The notes below the pieces were generated by a model, which was given only the letters and a program-made list of their open reading frames with translations, did not search any database and was not told the origin of the DNA. Below, one piece after another: positions 13,278-28,266 of a stretch of DNA of 64,000 nt. Numbering within the stretch: the first letter of the stretch is position 1; each line of letters opens with the position of its first letter. The stretch comes from Eledone cirrhosa (taxonomy: Eukaryota). The position numbers were made by a program, and so were the translations under genes. Location of the stretch: positions 20,708,001 to 20,772,000 of the forward strand of contig OZ024751.1 of the NCBI GenBank assembly GCA_964016885.1, given 5' to 3'.

Positions 13278-13374
13278 TACACATACATATATGCACGTAT
13301 CAGTTTAGCGGACGCTTATTATAACGCCGCTTTGTTCGTTTGTAAACAAACTGAACAGCCTGAATTTTTATGCC
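12618..13374 (-). mobile_element. Family F retrozyme-like non-coding repeat (~1.5 tandem units, ~497-bp period)
   Basis: Direct repeats 12618-12901 and 13115-13374 with an HHR between them; homologous to 40718-41317 and 53477-53683. Confidence 0.8.
12954..12994 (-). ncRNA. Minimal type I hammerhead ribozyme
   Basis: Minus strand: cggtg-CTGATGA-tagctaacaagctt-GAAA-ctag-TA-catcg. Confidence 0.9.
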
Positions 13375-13392
13375 ACACTTATATATATATAT

Positions 13393-13727
<335 letters not shown>

Positions 13728-13806
13728 ATGTATAGACATATCTGTATATATATATCTGTATATATATGTGTGTATGTGTGTGTGTTTGTATGTATGTATA
13801 TATATT

Positions 13807-13853
<47 letters not shown>

Positions 13854-13873
13854 ACGCACACAAACACACACAA

Positions 13874-13932
<59 letters not shown>

Positions 13933-14199
13933 CATATATACATATATATATATGTAATGTCTGTGTGATATTGGCCAACGTTCAGTGCCAATTGACGTAG
14001 TCATTCTAGTGATGGCGGAACAGCTGCAAATTTGTTCACAATTCCCATGTGACGTAAGCTTCATATTATTTATTACATTTATCATTTCGATTTGTGAAAG
14101 GTGTTCAGAAGCCGCCTGCTTTAATTGGTAAGCCAGCTGATAAATGTCTGGCTTTCATTCCTCTGCTGTTCTATTCTGTTTAAGTCATCTTTAATTATA

Positions 14200-15540
<1,341 letters not shown>

Positions 15541-15604
15541 TGTTCCAAGGCTCTGATACCATCAACACTATAAACACAGAGCTGGCATATCTAAGAACTG
15601 ACTA

Positions 15605-15660
15605 ACTGCCTGATGAGGTCATAGCCATTCAATGACTATCATCGAAATATATATAGCAGT
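15605..15660 (+). ncRNA. Minimal type I hammerhead ribozyme (family D, in a ~165-bp insert 15542-15706)
   Basis: actgc-CTGATGA-ggtcatagccattcaatgactatcatc-GAAA-tatata-TA-gcagt, followed by AATAAA. Confidence 0.88.
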
Positions 15661-15867
15661 AAATAAAGGATTATGAGTTCATGCAATTGACTTATGTTTC
15701 GTCACTATATATATATATATATACATATATATATAAATATATTGTTATACTTTTTGGGGGGGGGAGTCATGTTGCCAATAAGAAACACACGCCCTAGTTG
15801 CTTTCACTTCAATTTATTATAAATTTCGGGTTGGTTGGTTCCACAAACGGATGGTTGTTCATATATT

Positions 15868-15910
15868 GTCAAAGTTCTTTCGTCACACATTCTGTGACCT
15901 CTTCAGTGAC
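15868..15910 (-). ncRNA. Minimal type I hammerhead ribozyme in the PLE 3' UTR/pLTR
   Basis: Minus strand: gtca-CTGAAGA-ggtcacagaatgtgtgac-GAAA-gaac-TT-tgac. Confidence 0.8.
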
Positions 15911-16104
15911 TGGGATTCTTTTCTTTGTTTTGTGCTACTCCTTTGTTCTGTCCTACGACATCTTGTTTTTGTGTGTGTTGTGTGCTCAGTTTGCGCATGT
16001 GTTACATCCGGGTGTCTGTATGTGTTTTTATTTGTTTATGTATTTGTTTATTTACATGTTACTGGTTAGTTGTTTGTTCTATGTGTGTATGTTTCATGTT
16101 GTCC

Positions 16105-17630
16105 TTAATTATAAGTTGTGATGTTGCCATTCCATTCATGTCTTCTACTTAATTTTGGTTGCAGTTCATTTATGTTTATTGCCTCTGTGATTTGTCTAAA
16201 CATTGCGTCTTTTCTCTGTATAGAATCTATTTTTATTTCTGTTCTCTAATTTGCCCTTATGTTCTATTTTTATTTCTGTTCTCTAATTTGCCCTTATGTT
16301 CTATTTTAGCATGTTGGAGGAGTACTGATGAGTCTTTTCTATCTTGAAGTTCTCACCAGTGTTCATTTAATCGTTCTCCTATACTACGAGCTGTCTCACC
16401 TATGTACATTATATTCTTATTTTTACATTGTCCCTCAGTAGATATTATGCTATATACTATGTTTCTAGTTTTACAGTTAATATGGGGGCTTAGCTTACAG
16501 ATTATGCATTTCCTATCTATACAGGGAGGTCTTTGTAAAGAGTATGTATTACTAATAAGTGTTTTTATGGAGGTACCTGGTCTTTCCACTATCTTAATAT
16601 TTAGTTTAAGTTTATCTAGGGCCCTTCTAAATTTGTAAGCTAGTTCACCTCTAGGGGTTGTATTGATGAACATTACACTCTGGTATTTATTGCTATCATA
16701 CCATGAGTTTATTTTATTAACCTTATTCCTAGTTCTTTCTATTCTATTCCAAAATTTGCTCCCATACAAGGGGCAGGTCCCATTTGTATCATTATTTACA
16801 CCAGGGCGGTGGATTGGCAGTATCGGTAGAGGGTCGGACGCCATGCTTTCCAGCATAGTTACGTCCCTTTGCGGTCTGAGTTCAAATCCCGCCGAGGTTA
16901 ACTTTGCCTTTCATCCTTACGGGGTCGATAAAATAAAGTACCAGTAACGTACTGGGTAATTGATGGCCTTGTGCCAAAAGTAGAAACAATTATTTACAAT
17001 TTTTTCCCCATTTGGTTCTGGCTCCTCTATACACTCTGATTTTATCTCTCTGATTGTAACCAGAGAACTGCATACGTTGGATGAAGTGTTGTATGTATCT
17101 CTCTAGTTCTTTGGGGTTGCACATGCGGGACACGTTCCTCATCACCCTTACTAATTCCGCAATCAGTATGTTGATTTTGGTGTGATCCGAAACACCTGAG
17201 TTTCGGTGGATCAGGTATTTGGAAGTCATGGGTTTGGCATAATTGGAATGGAGGATTTGTTTTTTGTTATTAATGGTTTCTAACCTGAGCTCTGTGTCTA
17301 CTACAGGTAATCGATAGTTGCGGTGTTTGCTTGGGTAGTCTATAGTAACTTTGATACTCTGGTGGATGGAGTTAGCTATTTTCTGGATGCTTTCCATGGT
17401 GTTTTTCTCTAATTCCTGACTGTTCTCTAGTGGGGGTGTCTTAACTACGATGTTTATATCATCAACGTAGCGGGAGTACATTATCAGGGTTAAGAGATTG
17501 TCGTCTTCTAATTGTTCGTTAAGTTTTTTGTCCTACCATACCATAAATAGGTTAGCAATGTCACCTGCAATGCTAAGACCAATGGCTGCTCCCTCCTCTT
17601 GGGTAAATGTTTTTCCATTAAATTTGAACT
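16105..17630 (-). pseudogene. PLE reverse transcriptase C-terminal half + Cys-rich linker + GIY-YIG endonuclease; stops and a SINE insertion
   Basis: FKFNGKTFTQEEGAAIGLSIAGDIANLFM...RYVDD...FSGY; PCIDRKCIIC...NCKTRNIVY...YIGETARSIGERLNEH...RQITEA. Confidence 0.92.
16804..16992 (+). mobile_element. Full-length SINE inserted in the PLE ORF (TSD attatttaca)
   Basis: A/B boxes; attatttaca at 16791 and 16989. Confidence 0.92.
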
Positions 17631-17817
17631 TTGACAATATATGAACAACCATCCGGTTGTGGAACCAACCAACCAACCGGAAATTTATAATAAATTGAAG
17701 TGAAAGCAGCTGGTGCGTGTGTTTCTTATTGGCAACATGACCCTCCCAAGTATAACAATATCGGTTTCAACACACGTTTTCAGATAAAGAATCTTGCTAA
17801 ACAAATTCAGAAACGAA

Positions 17818-17912
<95 letters not shown>

Positions 17913-18403
17913 TACGTCAGACAGTTGCCCAATATAGGTTTGTTACTATTTTTCTTGATTTACTACTTTAAATTAAGACTGGCAAACCATATTGCTGTAG
18001 TTAGTATTTTTTCACCCTAGCCGACCTGGTCCTTACAATTCGGACACATGTATGTTTATATTAGTGTTCATCTGTCTTGTATATTCAATTATATTATACG
18101 GCTCGGAAAAAGCTTTTTTCTTAGAGGTATTTAATTGTAAGAGACTACTTTGAGTTTCTAACTCAGTATATATATATAATATAAAACGAAAAATCAGTGA
18201 TGCATCTGAACTCAATTTATTGTGTGTTACAATTGTTTCGCCGGCGGACAGCTCGAGACGCGGTCATTGTGTGGATCTGTTTGATTCTGGACCCGCAGGT
18301 TCGACGGACACATGTAATGATATATCATACTCTGCTCTGTAAGAGCATAGAGTGCTCAACCGGCATACCGCCTATGGAAGCATCTTAGCTACCATTAGAC
18401 ACA

Positions 18404-18519
<116 letters not shown>

Positions 18520-18557
18520 CGTATAAATATTTATGCACACACACATATATTTATACG

Positions 18558-18590
<33 letters not shown>

Positions 18591-18641
18591 ATGTATTGCT
18601 ATATATATATACATACATTATATACGTATAATATATAATCA

Positions 18642-18690
<49 letters not shown>

Positions 18691-18807
18691 ATGTACGTAT
18701 GTATTTACATTTATATGTATATATATATATATGTTTCTTTATTAGCCACAATGGCACAAAAGAAGGGGATAAATACAAAGGGATATACATATAATATATA
18801 TGTATGC

Positions 18808-18938
<131 letters not shown>

Positions 18939-19089
18939 TAAGTATATATGTATACATAACAAGCTGCTTGGTGTAAGATGGTGTGATGATGATGAACAAC
19001 GACTTAGACCGCAAGTAGTGGAGAGCTTCTGTAAAGAAAGACAACGTTGCAAGACAACCACTGTGTAAAGGAACATTAACCGTATACAA

Positions 19090-19850
19090 TAAATATCACC
19101 AGAGCCGATCTGAGTTTGTGGTTCAGAGAAAGGAAAATAATGAAGATGGTGGAACTTATTGTCTCTAGGAAGGCGAAACATTGATATTGCATTGCACAGG
19201 AAGACCAGAAAGTACTATGGTTGAGAAAGTACTATGAAAGAGATGGTTGAACTTCTATGAAACCTGCGGATGTATGGCATCTGGTTTCCCTGTAGAGGTA
19301 GGAGTAAAAGGGTTACTCGGAAACAGGGTTGATACGCTGCTCAGAGGGCTTAAATTGGTGGCAAATGAGGAAAGGAAAAGAAAGGAAATTAGTGAAGATG
19401 GTGGAACTTATTGTCTCTTGAAAGAGGAACATTGATATTGCATTCAACAGGAAGACCAGAAAATACAGTGAGATGGTTGAACTTTATAAAACCTGTGGAC
19501 GTCTGCCATCCTGTTTCCCTGTAGAAGTAGGACTAAAAGGATTAGTCGGAACCATGGTTGATACGCTGCTCAGAGGCCTTGGACAGGTGGTAAAGGAAAG
19601 GAAAAGAAAGGAAAAGCTACACTCTTGATACGTTGAAGTGGACGGTGTCGCAACATCAGACACGCCAAAGATTGTGCTATTGTGCAAGAGTACCGTCGGC
19701 TACATCAGTGGGTAGCCTCCGTGTAGCTCTGATGTTGCGGTGGAAGGGGCCGAAACACCTGCAGAGTTACTTCACCACCTGATGAGGCATCATCTCGTGT
19801 ATTCGGTGACGGCATGCAGTAGTACCCTCTGCACAGACCTGTGTTTACCA
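19090..19850 (+). pseudogene. HERO-like non-LTR retrotransposon 3' end (restriction-like endonuclease), internally duplicated, plus 3' UTR
   Basis: MVELIVS*KRNIDIAFNRKTRKY...FPVEVGLKG is present twice and fits the EL.V.WE...K..KY...PVEVG.RG RLE motif. Confidence 0.72.
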
Positions 19851-19881
19851 AACATGTATATATATATATATATATATATAT

Positions 19882-20079
19882 AACAAAGAAGGTGTGGTAA
19901 GATACCAGGGGGACCATAACGCACCAAAGTACTCGATATTTAGGATAGTAGAGTGGGTAATAAGAAAATAGTCAGAACCTCGACGGCTGAGCTTCGGCCG
20001 TTTCGACAGCTACATACGAACAGTTCGGATCTAGCTGTCGAAACGGCCGGAGCTCAGCCGTTGGGGCCCTGACTCTTTT

Positions 20080-20082
<3 letters not shown>
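19882..20082 (-). mobile_element. Family E fold-back element (tail on the left, hairpin ~19965-20082)
   Basis: The tail is the reverse homologue of 496-577, including AGTACTC at 19928; the arms are imperfect inverted repeats. Confidence 0.75.
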
Positions 20083-20165
<83 letters not shown>

Positions 20166-20166
<1 letters not shown>

Positions 20167-20436
20167 GAGCTGTGTCAGAAAAGTTCCAGGACTGATGTCA
20201 CAAGAGATTTATTTCAAGCCTAAACTTACTTCACACGAAGAGTTTTCTCCTTCAAAGTAATCCCCATGGAGTCTAATGCACTTTTCCATCCTTTTCTGCC
20301 ACGCTTGCATGCACTCCTGGAAGGATTCTTCCGAGATCCTCCGCAGTTCCGTCGTCACGGCCTTTTTGATGTCGTCCACGTCTTCAAAACGGGTCCCCTC
20401 CGGGTCGTACTCGAAGATCCATGACTCATCACCAAA
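20166..20436 (-). mobile_element. Mariner transposon 3' fragment, internally deleted transposase
   Basis: GDESWIFEYDPE is fused to GTRFEDVDDIK...CIRLHGDYFEG; same TIR as 12226. Confidence 0.9.
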
Positions 20437-21064
20437 CATACTGTTTTTATAATATAACTAAGTAGTTATTCTTTTGTAAACTCTTTGTAAATTCTTTTGT
20501 AAACTCTCGAAAATTTTCCATAAATTTAGAATTATTTGGATGTTTAAAATCTTTGACTTACAACTTTTAATAAAATAAACTATACTAGATTTGCTCTAAT
20601 GTAAAATAATAATATATATTTATTTAAATAATCTATAATCTTTAACATACACATTATAAAATTTAAATTTTTAATTTTTATCTAAAATTTTCAACCTATC
20701 ATTATAAATATTATTCTTCCACGCTATTCTCATTTATTCTTTTCTTCATTTCTTCCCTCACGTAAATATACTTACACTGTATTTATCATTTGAAACTATT
20801 CTCTTCCCTCACTTAAATATACTTACGCTCTTCTCTTCATGCACGCTATTTTCACTGTCAAAATATATATAATCGTTCTTTCTTTCCTCTCTTATTTTTT
20901 TTTCTCATTTCTTTATTCTTTTTTTCTTTTTTTCATTTTTTCTTTTTTCTCTTTCCCTCACATATCACCTTCTTCCAACATTTTAATTTAAATAAACCGT
21001 TATCTTTTCAACCTTTCGGACACACATTTGCATACTCAATGATAATTTTCTATCACCCTCAATA

Positions 21065-21262
21065 AATGTAATATCTCCACTATCCAGGAACCTCCAACCG
21101 TTAAGGTTTTCTTTTTTTTTCGGGTATGTCAATATTTATTTATAAAACATATCTGTATTTTATCTGATGAAAGCGCACCATAATTTGCCTTGGTTGCCCT
21201 TGAAATATGTATAATAAAATAAATATGGTTTTATAAATATAGTTTCCATTTATTAATATATT
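21065..21262 (+). mobile_element. Family A single arm with HHR (21156-21221)
   Basis: tattttat-CTGATGA-aagcgcaccataatttgccttggttgccctt-GAAA-tatgta-TA-ataaaata. The left boundary is uncertain. Confidence 0.8.
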
Positions 21263-21293
<31 letters not shown>

Positions 21294-21789
21294 CATACAT
21301 ACATTTATATATATATATATATATATGCATATATATATACATATATATATACATATATAAGTACATATATATATACATACTTGCATATATATATATACAT
21401 ACATACTTGCATATATATATGTATATATATATATATGTATGTATATGTATGTATGTATGTATATATATATATATATGTTTGTATATATATATATATGTAT
21501 GTATATATATATATGTATGTATATATATATGTATGTATGTATGTATATATATATATTCAAGTATGTATGTATATATATATATATATGTACGTATATATGT
21601 ATATATGTATGTATGTATATATATATATATATATATACAGACATACATGTATACATATATATATATATATACATATATATTTATATATACATACACACAC
21701 ACATATATATATATATATATATTTTATATATATATACATATATATGTGTGTATTCATTTATGTATAGATAAATGTATATATATACATAT

Positions 21790-22203
21790 ATATTAATTCA
21801 AAATATTAACAAAATAGATATTCTTGTGATCAATTATATTTTATTATACATACTTCAGAGGTACTGAATTAAGTTCAACAGTACGTCCTCATCTGATAAA
21901 ATAAAATGATACATGACATACCCTGACATGGTAGATGGTTAAGATTTAATCAAGGTAGTAAACATCTACCATATCAGGGTATGTCATGTATCATTTTATT
22001 TTATCTGATGAGGACGTACTGTTGAATTTAATTCAGTACCTCTGAAATATGTATAATAAAATATAATTGATCACAAGAATATCTATTTTGTTAATATTTT
22101 GAATTAATATTAATAATTCTGGAAAATATTCCACGTAGAGTGCTTCCAATCTATTGTAAAACTCATTCGTTGATGTACTCATTGAATCTTGTTTAACTCT
22201 TAA
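21790..22203 (+). mobile_element. Family C fold-back element with HHR (21997-22063)
   Basis: Arms ~21790-21941 / 21961-22110. tattttat-CTGATGA-ggacgtactg...cagtacctct-GAAA-tatgta-TA-ataaaata; the mirror core is mutated. GAGTGCT at 22138. Confidence 0.87.
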
Positions 22204-22470
22204 ATATATATATACATATATATATATATTTATCTATACATAAATGAATACACACACGCACGCACACATATTTATCAAAGTAAAAAGTCTGCGTTAAGTT
22301 AACTTAATATTACTAATTCATATCTTGGCCAAAGTGTCTAAAAGAGTCTAACTATCTATCTATTGATGTGTGAGCATGCGAGTCTGTGCGCATGCGTGTT
22401 AGCCTGCTGGCACACTCAGGCTGCCATATCATAAATATATAGAAGAATATTTATATATCTGTTATAGAAA

Positions 22471-22774
22471 TCATTGTTTCTACTTTTGGCACAAGGCCAG
22501 CAATTATCCCAGTGTATTACTGGTACTTTATGTTATCGACCCCGCAAGGATGAAATGCAAAGTTAACCTAGGCGGGATTTGAACTCAGACCATAAAGGGC
22601 AGTAACTCTTTGCTACAAAGCAATGCGTCTGACCCTCTACCGATACTGCCAATCTACCGATAGAAATAATTGTTTCTACTTTTGGCACAAGGCTAGCAAT
22701 TACCCCAGTGTATTACTGGTACTTTATTTTATCGACCCCGTAAGGATGAAAGGCAAAGTTAACCTCGGCGGGAT
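22471..22774 (-). mobile_element. Two tandem SINE copies (22471-22659 full, 22666-22774 truncated)
   Basis: Dominant SINE core in reverse. Confidence 0.88.
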
Positions 22775-22873
22775 AGAAATAATGTCAGCGGTGAATTGGC
22801 GATTTGGTGCTCCCCACAATATGTTAGTAAATACCTAATATTTGTCAGGAGTTACGTGTACATAATTATATGC

Positions 22874-22920
<47 letters not shown>

Positions 22921-23631
22921 CACATATACTTATATACATACATACCTAAAACATACATACGTATATACTGACATATATACATATGTGCATACATAAATAC
23001 ATACTGACATACATACCTACATAAATAAATACATACTGACCTACATACGTACATATATACATACTGACATACATAATTACATACTGACATACATACATAA
23101 TTATCTACTGACATACATACGTACATACATACTGACATACATACATACTGACATACATAGTGACATACATATGTACATACATACACACATACACACGTAC
23201 ATACATACATACATACATACATACATACATACATACATACATACATACATACATACATACATACATACATACATACATACATACATAAACATAGAAACAG
23301 AAAGAACCACAACTAGTTAGGAAATTACAAATACAATCCATTAATGGAACAGTAAAAATATGTAAAACATTCCAAAAATTTTCCATCTAATAACTGTATA
23401 TACACATGTACAGATACAAAGCGTATGAACATCCACACATACAACTCAAAACATACACATCCACACATACAATAACATCCATATCTACACATGCATACAT
23501 GCATACATAATCTACCTAGTTGATGTGTAAATTCCAATTATAAAACCAGAAGAACGAACATACATACATACATACATAATTGTTTTTACTTTTGACGCAA
23601 TATACATACATACATACATACATACATACAT

Positions 23632-24016
23632 ACATGGTGGCTGCCAACTCGTTTTCGAGTACGGCCACTACTTTATATCCATGTAAGAGAACCCCTACCA
23701 ATGGGCTGACTGAATGTGACTTTTTAGTCCAGCCAGAGACTTGAAAACTCTGGTACAAACACTACACTTGTGACAACTACTGACACATAGTGCTGGGCCC
23801 ATGGTACCATGTGACGACAAGTTAGAGAGATCTCCAGATATAAAGCAATGCCTGTGCCGTGAAGCTTTTATAGTGAGCAAAGGCACTGCACAAAGCCAGT
23901 CCCACTCTCTTAACCAAGATGATATTTACCAAAAAGAAGAACAAGTCAACATCATTGGATACCATCAGAGTTGCAGGTGTTATATCAGAGTTTTCCTTCT
24001 CCTAGAATTCTGTCTT
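23632..24016 (-). mobile_element. Bipartite non-autonomous RTE derivative (truncated)
   Basis: Reverse homologue of 36411-36857 and 57444-57917; (ATGT)n tail. Confidence 0.75.
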
Positions 24017-24150
24017 ACATACATACATACATGATGGCTGCCCCCTCGTTATCGAGTATGGCCATTGCACAAGAAAAAAAAAAAAAAAAAAAATAATAAT
24101 AAATAAATTAAAAAAAAAAGAAGAAAAAAAAGAAAGAAAAAAGAAAAAAG

Positions 24151-24195
<45 letters not shown>

Positions 24196-24295
24196 CATAC
24201 ATACATATATACATATACATATACATACACATACACTCCCACATATATACACACATACATTAATAACAATAATAATACATACATACATACATACA

Positions 24296-24457
24296 TAATT
24301 GTTTCTACTTTTGGCGCAAGGCAGCAATTACTTTATTTTATTGACCCCGTAAGGATGAAAGGCAAAGTTAACCTCGGCGGGATTTGAACTCAGATCGTAA
24401 AGGGACGTAACTATGCTGTAAAGTATGTCCGACCCTCTACCGATACTGCCAATTCAC
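24296..24457 (-). mobile_element. tRNA-derived SINE
   Basis: Dominant family, reverse. Confidence 0.85.
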
Positions 24458-24872
24458 AGGCACACACTCTGGTTCACAGTGAGCCAGTCAGAAAGAGCAC
24501 AAGATTTTACCGAGGTTGTGTAATTCAGTAATAAAAATTCCGTGATATATTTCTCGGCAGACTGATTTGAGTTTTGTCTCTAAATGGAGGTAAAGACATC
24601 AGCAGAGACCACGTACACTGAACACTGTTCTCAGCCCACACAAAAATATGCAACTAATGGCTTCGTAAGTCTACCATATATGGTAGTATAATCGCTTTGA
24701 TAATTCCAATTTGTGCAATATTAATGCTTAAGAAGCTGACAACCTATTCAATTGAATATTAAACTGTTCACGAAGCAGTTGAAATGTAGAAGAAGCTGAC
24801 AACCTATTCAATTGAATATTAAACTGTTCACGAAGCAGTTGAAATGTAGAATATATATATATATATATATAT

Positions 24873-25830
<958 letters not shown>

Positions 25831-25833
<3 letters not shown>

Positions 25834-26224
25834 CAAAGAGATATTTAATTTGGTGGTAATTTAACAAATTTATTTATAACAGATTCGAAGCACTCCACAT
25901 GTTTCCTGGAGTATAATATCAATGCTATTAATGAATGGAAACTATATTTATAAAACCATATTTATTCTATTATATATATTTCAAGGGTACCAAAACTTTG
26001 GTGCACTCTCATCAGATAAAATACAAAATTTGTTTTATAAATAGTGACATACCCAGGAATCAGACCTTAACAGTTCAGGTTTGATGCCTAGGTATGTCAC
26101 TATTTATAAAACAAAATTTGTATTTTATCTGCTGAGGGCGCACCAAAGTTTTGGTACCCTTGAAATATATATAATAGAATAAATATGGTTTTATAAATAT
26201 AGTTTCCATTCATTAATATCATTG
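25831..26224 (-). mobile_element. Family A-related fold-back element; HHR intact on minus arm (~25962-26023), CTGCTGA mutant on plus arm
   Basis: Arms ~25920-26060 / 26085-26224; AGCACTC at 25889. Confidence 0.85.
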
Positions 26225-26262
26225 ATATATATATGTGTGTATGAGTGTGTGTGTGTGTGTGT

Positions 26263-26344
<82 letters not shown>

Positions 26345-26989
26345 TTATATATATTTATTATTTAAACATGTATATATACATATATATATATATTCAAGGC
26401 CGGTAGGTTGGTTTAAAAGAAATGAATTAAATTATATTCACTGACATTTAAACATGATCAATTCGGAGGGGGATCCCTTACAACTCCGCCTTTTAACTTG
26501 ATTGATCGTTCGATCGAATCAATCGTCAAGACCCTAGACCTCATTTGCTTACCGAGTGAAAGGGAACTCTTCAAACAATGTTTCCATTTGTCTTTCCATT
26601 GCTGATACTATTTGCTGGTCACAACTCAAGGCAGAAAGAACAACGTGAAATAAATTGTTTCCATCAAGGCGGTAACGCATCTCCCGTTGCGGGAATCGAA
26701 CTAGCAACGTCGTGATTGCAAATCCAATTTTCTAACCAGTAAGTTCCTGTTATGAGAAGCGCATTCCTGTGTTCAAACTCAAGGTTATATTTAAAAAATT
26801 TATTATTTTTAGGTTAGTATTAACCGTGATCATAATGTCTGTTCAAAAATGCGAATTAGAGTCTTCTTAATTTTATATCTATACCTCCTCTTGTGACGCT
26901 AAACTCCGCCAGTTGCAGACTGCACATTAACATGTGATATCTCTCTCCATAAAGTTCGATCACCAACAGCAGAGTTCAAAGAGTCCATA

Positions 26990-27105
26990 AGTTGACATTG
27001 TCAAGCCATCGTTTTGGCTACCGGCCTCTGCTTCTCTTACCAGCCAATCTTCCTTCCAGGCATAACCTACTCACACCATGAGCTGATCTTTTAATATGAC
27101 CATAT
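26990..27105 (-). pseudogene. RTE-type LINE 3' coding fragment
   Basis: YGHIKRSAHGVSRLCLEGRLAGKRSRGR*PKRWLDNV. Confidence 0.7.
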
Positions 27106-27525
27106 AGTTTAAATACTCTTGACAATTGATGTAATTGGTCTATACTATACTTACTTAAATAATTGGTAATGCAGAGACCGTCATCCCTATATAGCTCTAT
27201 ATCGAAATGCCGAGCCCTTGTCCCTAGTATGTACAATAAAACAAACCTAACATTTTTTTAAAAAAATATTTCTCGTTATCAAAATAATCCATAGAAATAG
27301 AAAGTTTGATTCCATGTTTCTTTATCCGCAAAAGAAGTCTTCGTTGCACAGCAACGAATACATTGCATTCGGGATAATATTGACACCGTCTTCTTTTATG
27401 GTAGTGAAGTAGCTTTGGCTGAATTCTACGACTTGGAGAAGCAAATCGCTCTCCACAGATGGAAGGATACAACTCCGTGATATCAAACTGAAGAGAAATG
27501 CAATTGATTTTGTTTTCCACATTTT
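27106..27525 (-). pseudogene. Degenerate PLE reverse transcriptase fragment (YRDDG type, Naiad-like)
   Basis: [11 protein letters not shown] and ELYRDDGL in broken frames. Confidence 0.65.
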
Positions 27526-27592
27526 GCTTGTGTATACACACACACACACATATATATATAAATGTATATATGCATATATATATGCATATACA

Positions 27593-27688
<96 letters not shown>

Positions 27689-27775
27689 GGATAACAAGGT
27701 ATCGTTTAAGGTAATTTAAGGTAATATATATATATTCTGCATATACATACATACATTTATATATATATATATATA

Positions 27776-28180
27776 AGAGTTCTATTTAAATTGTTGGGAT
27801 ACAACAAGCAAATATTTGGAGTAAAAATATGATATTAACAAATGGAAACTATAGTTATAAAACCATATTTATTTCATTATACATATTTCAAGGACACCGA
27901 GTTAAATTATGGTGTGCTTTCATCAGATAAAATATAATATAGATCAGTTTTATAAATGAATATTGACATACCCTTAAAGAATGCAACCATTACTGTTGAA
28001 CCGGGAGCTTCCAACAATAATGTTTGCATTCTGTAAGGGTATGTCAATATTTATTTATAAAACTGTTCTATATTATATTTTATCTGATGAAAGCACACCA
28101 TAATTTAACTTGGTGTCCTTGAAATATGTATAATGAAATAAATATGGTTTTATAAATATAGTTTCCATTTGTTAATATCG

Positions 28181-28185
<5 letters not shown>
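27776..28185 (-). mobile_element. Family A fold-back element with two HHRs (28076-28140 +, 27870-27934 -)
   Basis: ~165-bp arms. tattttat-CTGATGA-aagcacaccataatttaacttggtgtcctt-GAAA-tatgta-TA-atgaaata. The left tail has an internal deletion. Confidence 0.88.

Positions 28186-28266
<81 letters not shown>

Larger units (their letters stand above)
15738..17818 (-). mobile_element. 5'-truncated Penelope-like element (Neptune-like) with inverted pseudo-LTR
   Basis: Contains RT + GIY-YIG coding. 17626-17761 is an inverted copy of 15738-15877 with an extra tail to 17818; (TA)n on both sides. Confidence 0.92.

Noticed and set aside
23695-23886. Host C2H2 zinc-finger exon (CSVCTRVFKSLAGLKSH)
   Set aside because: It lies within a three-copy RTE-derived element with a microsatellite tail and a TSD in one copy.
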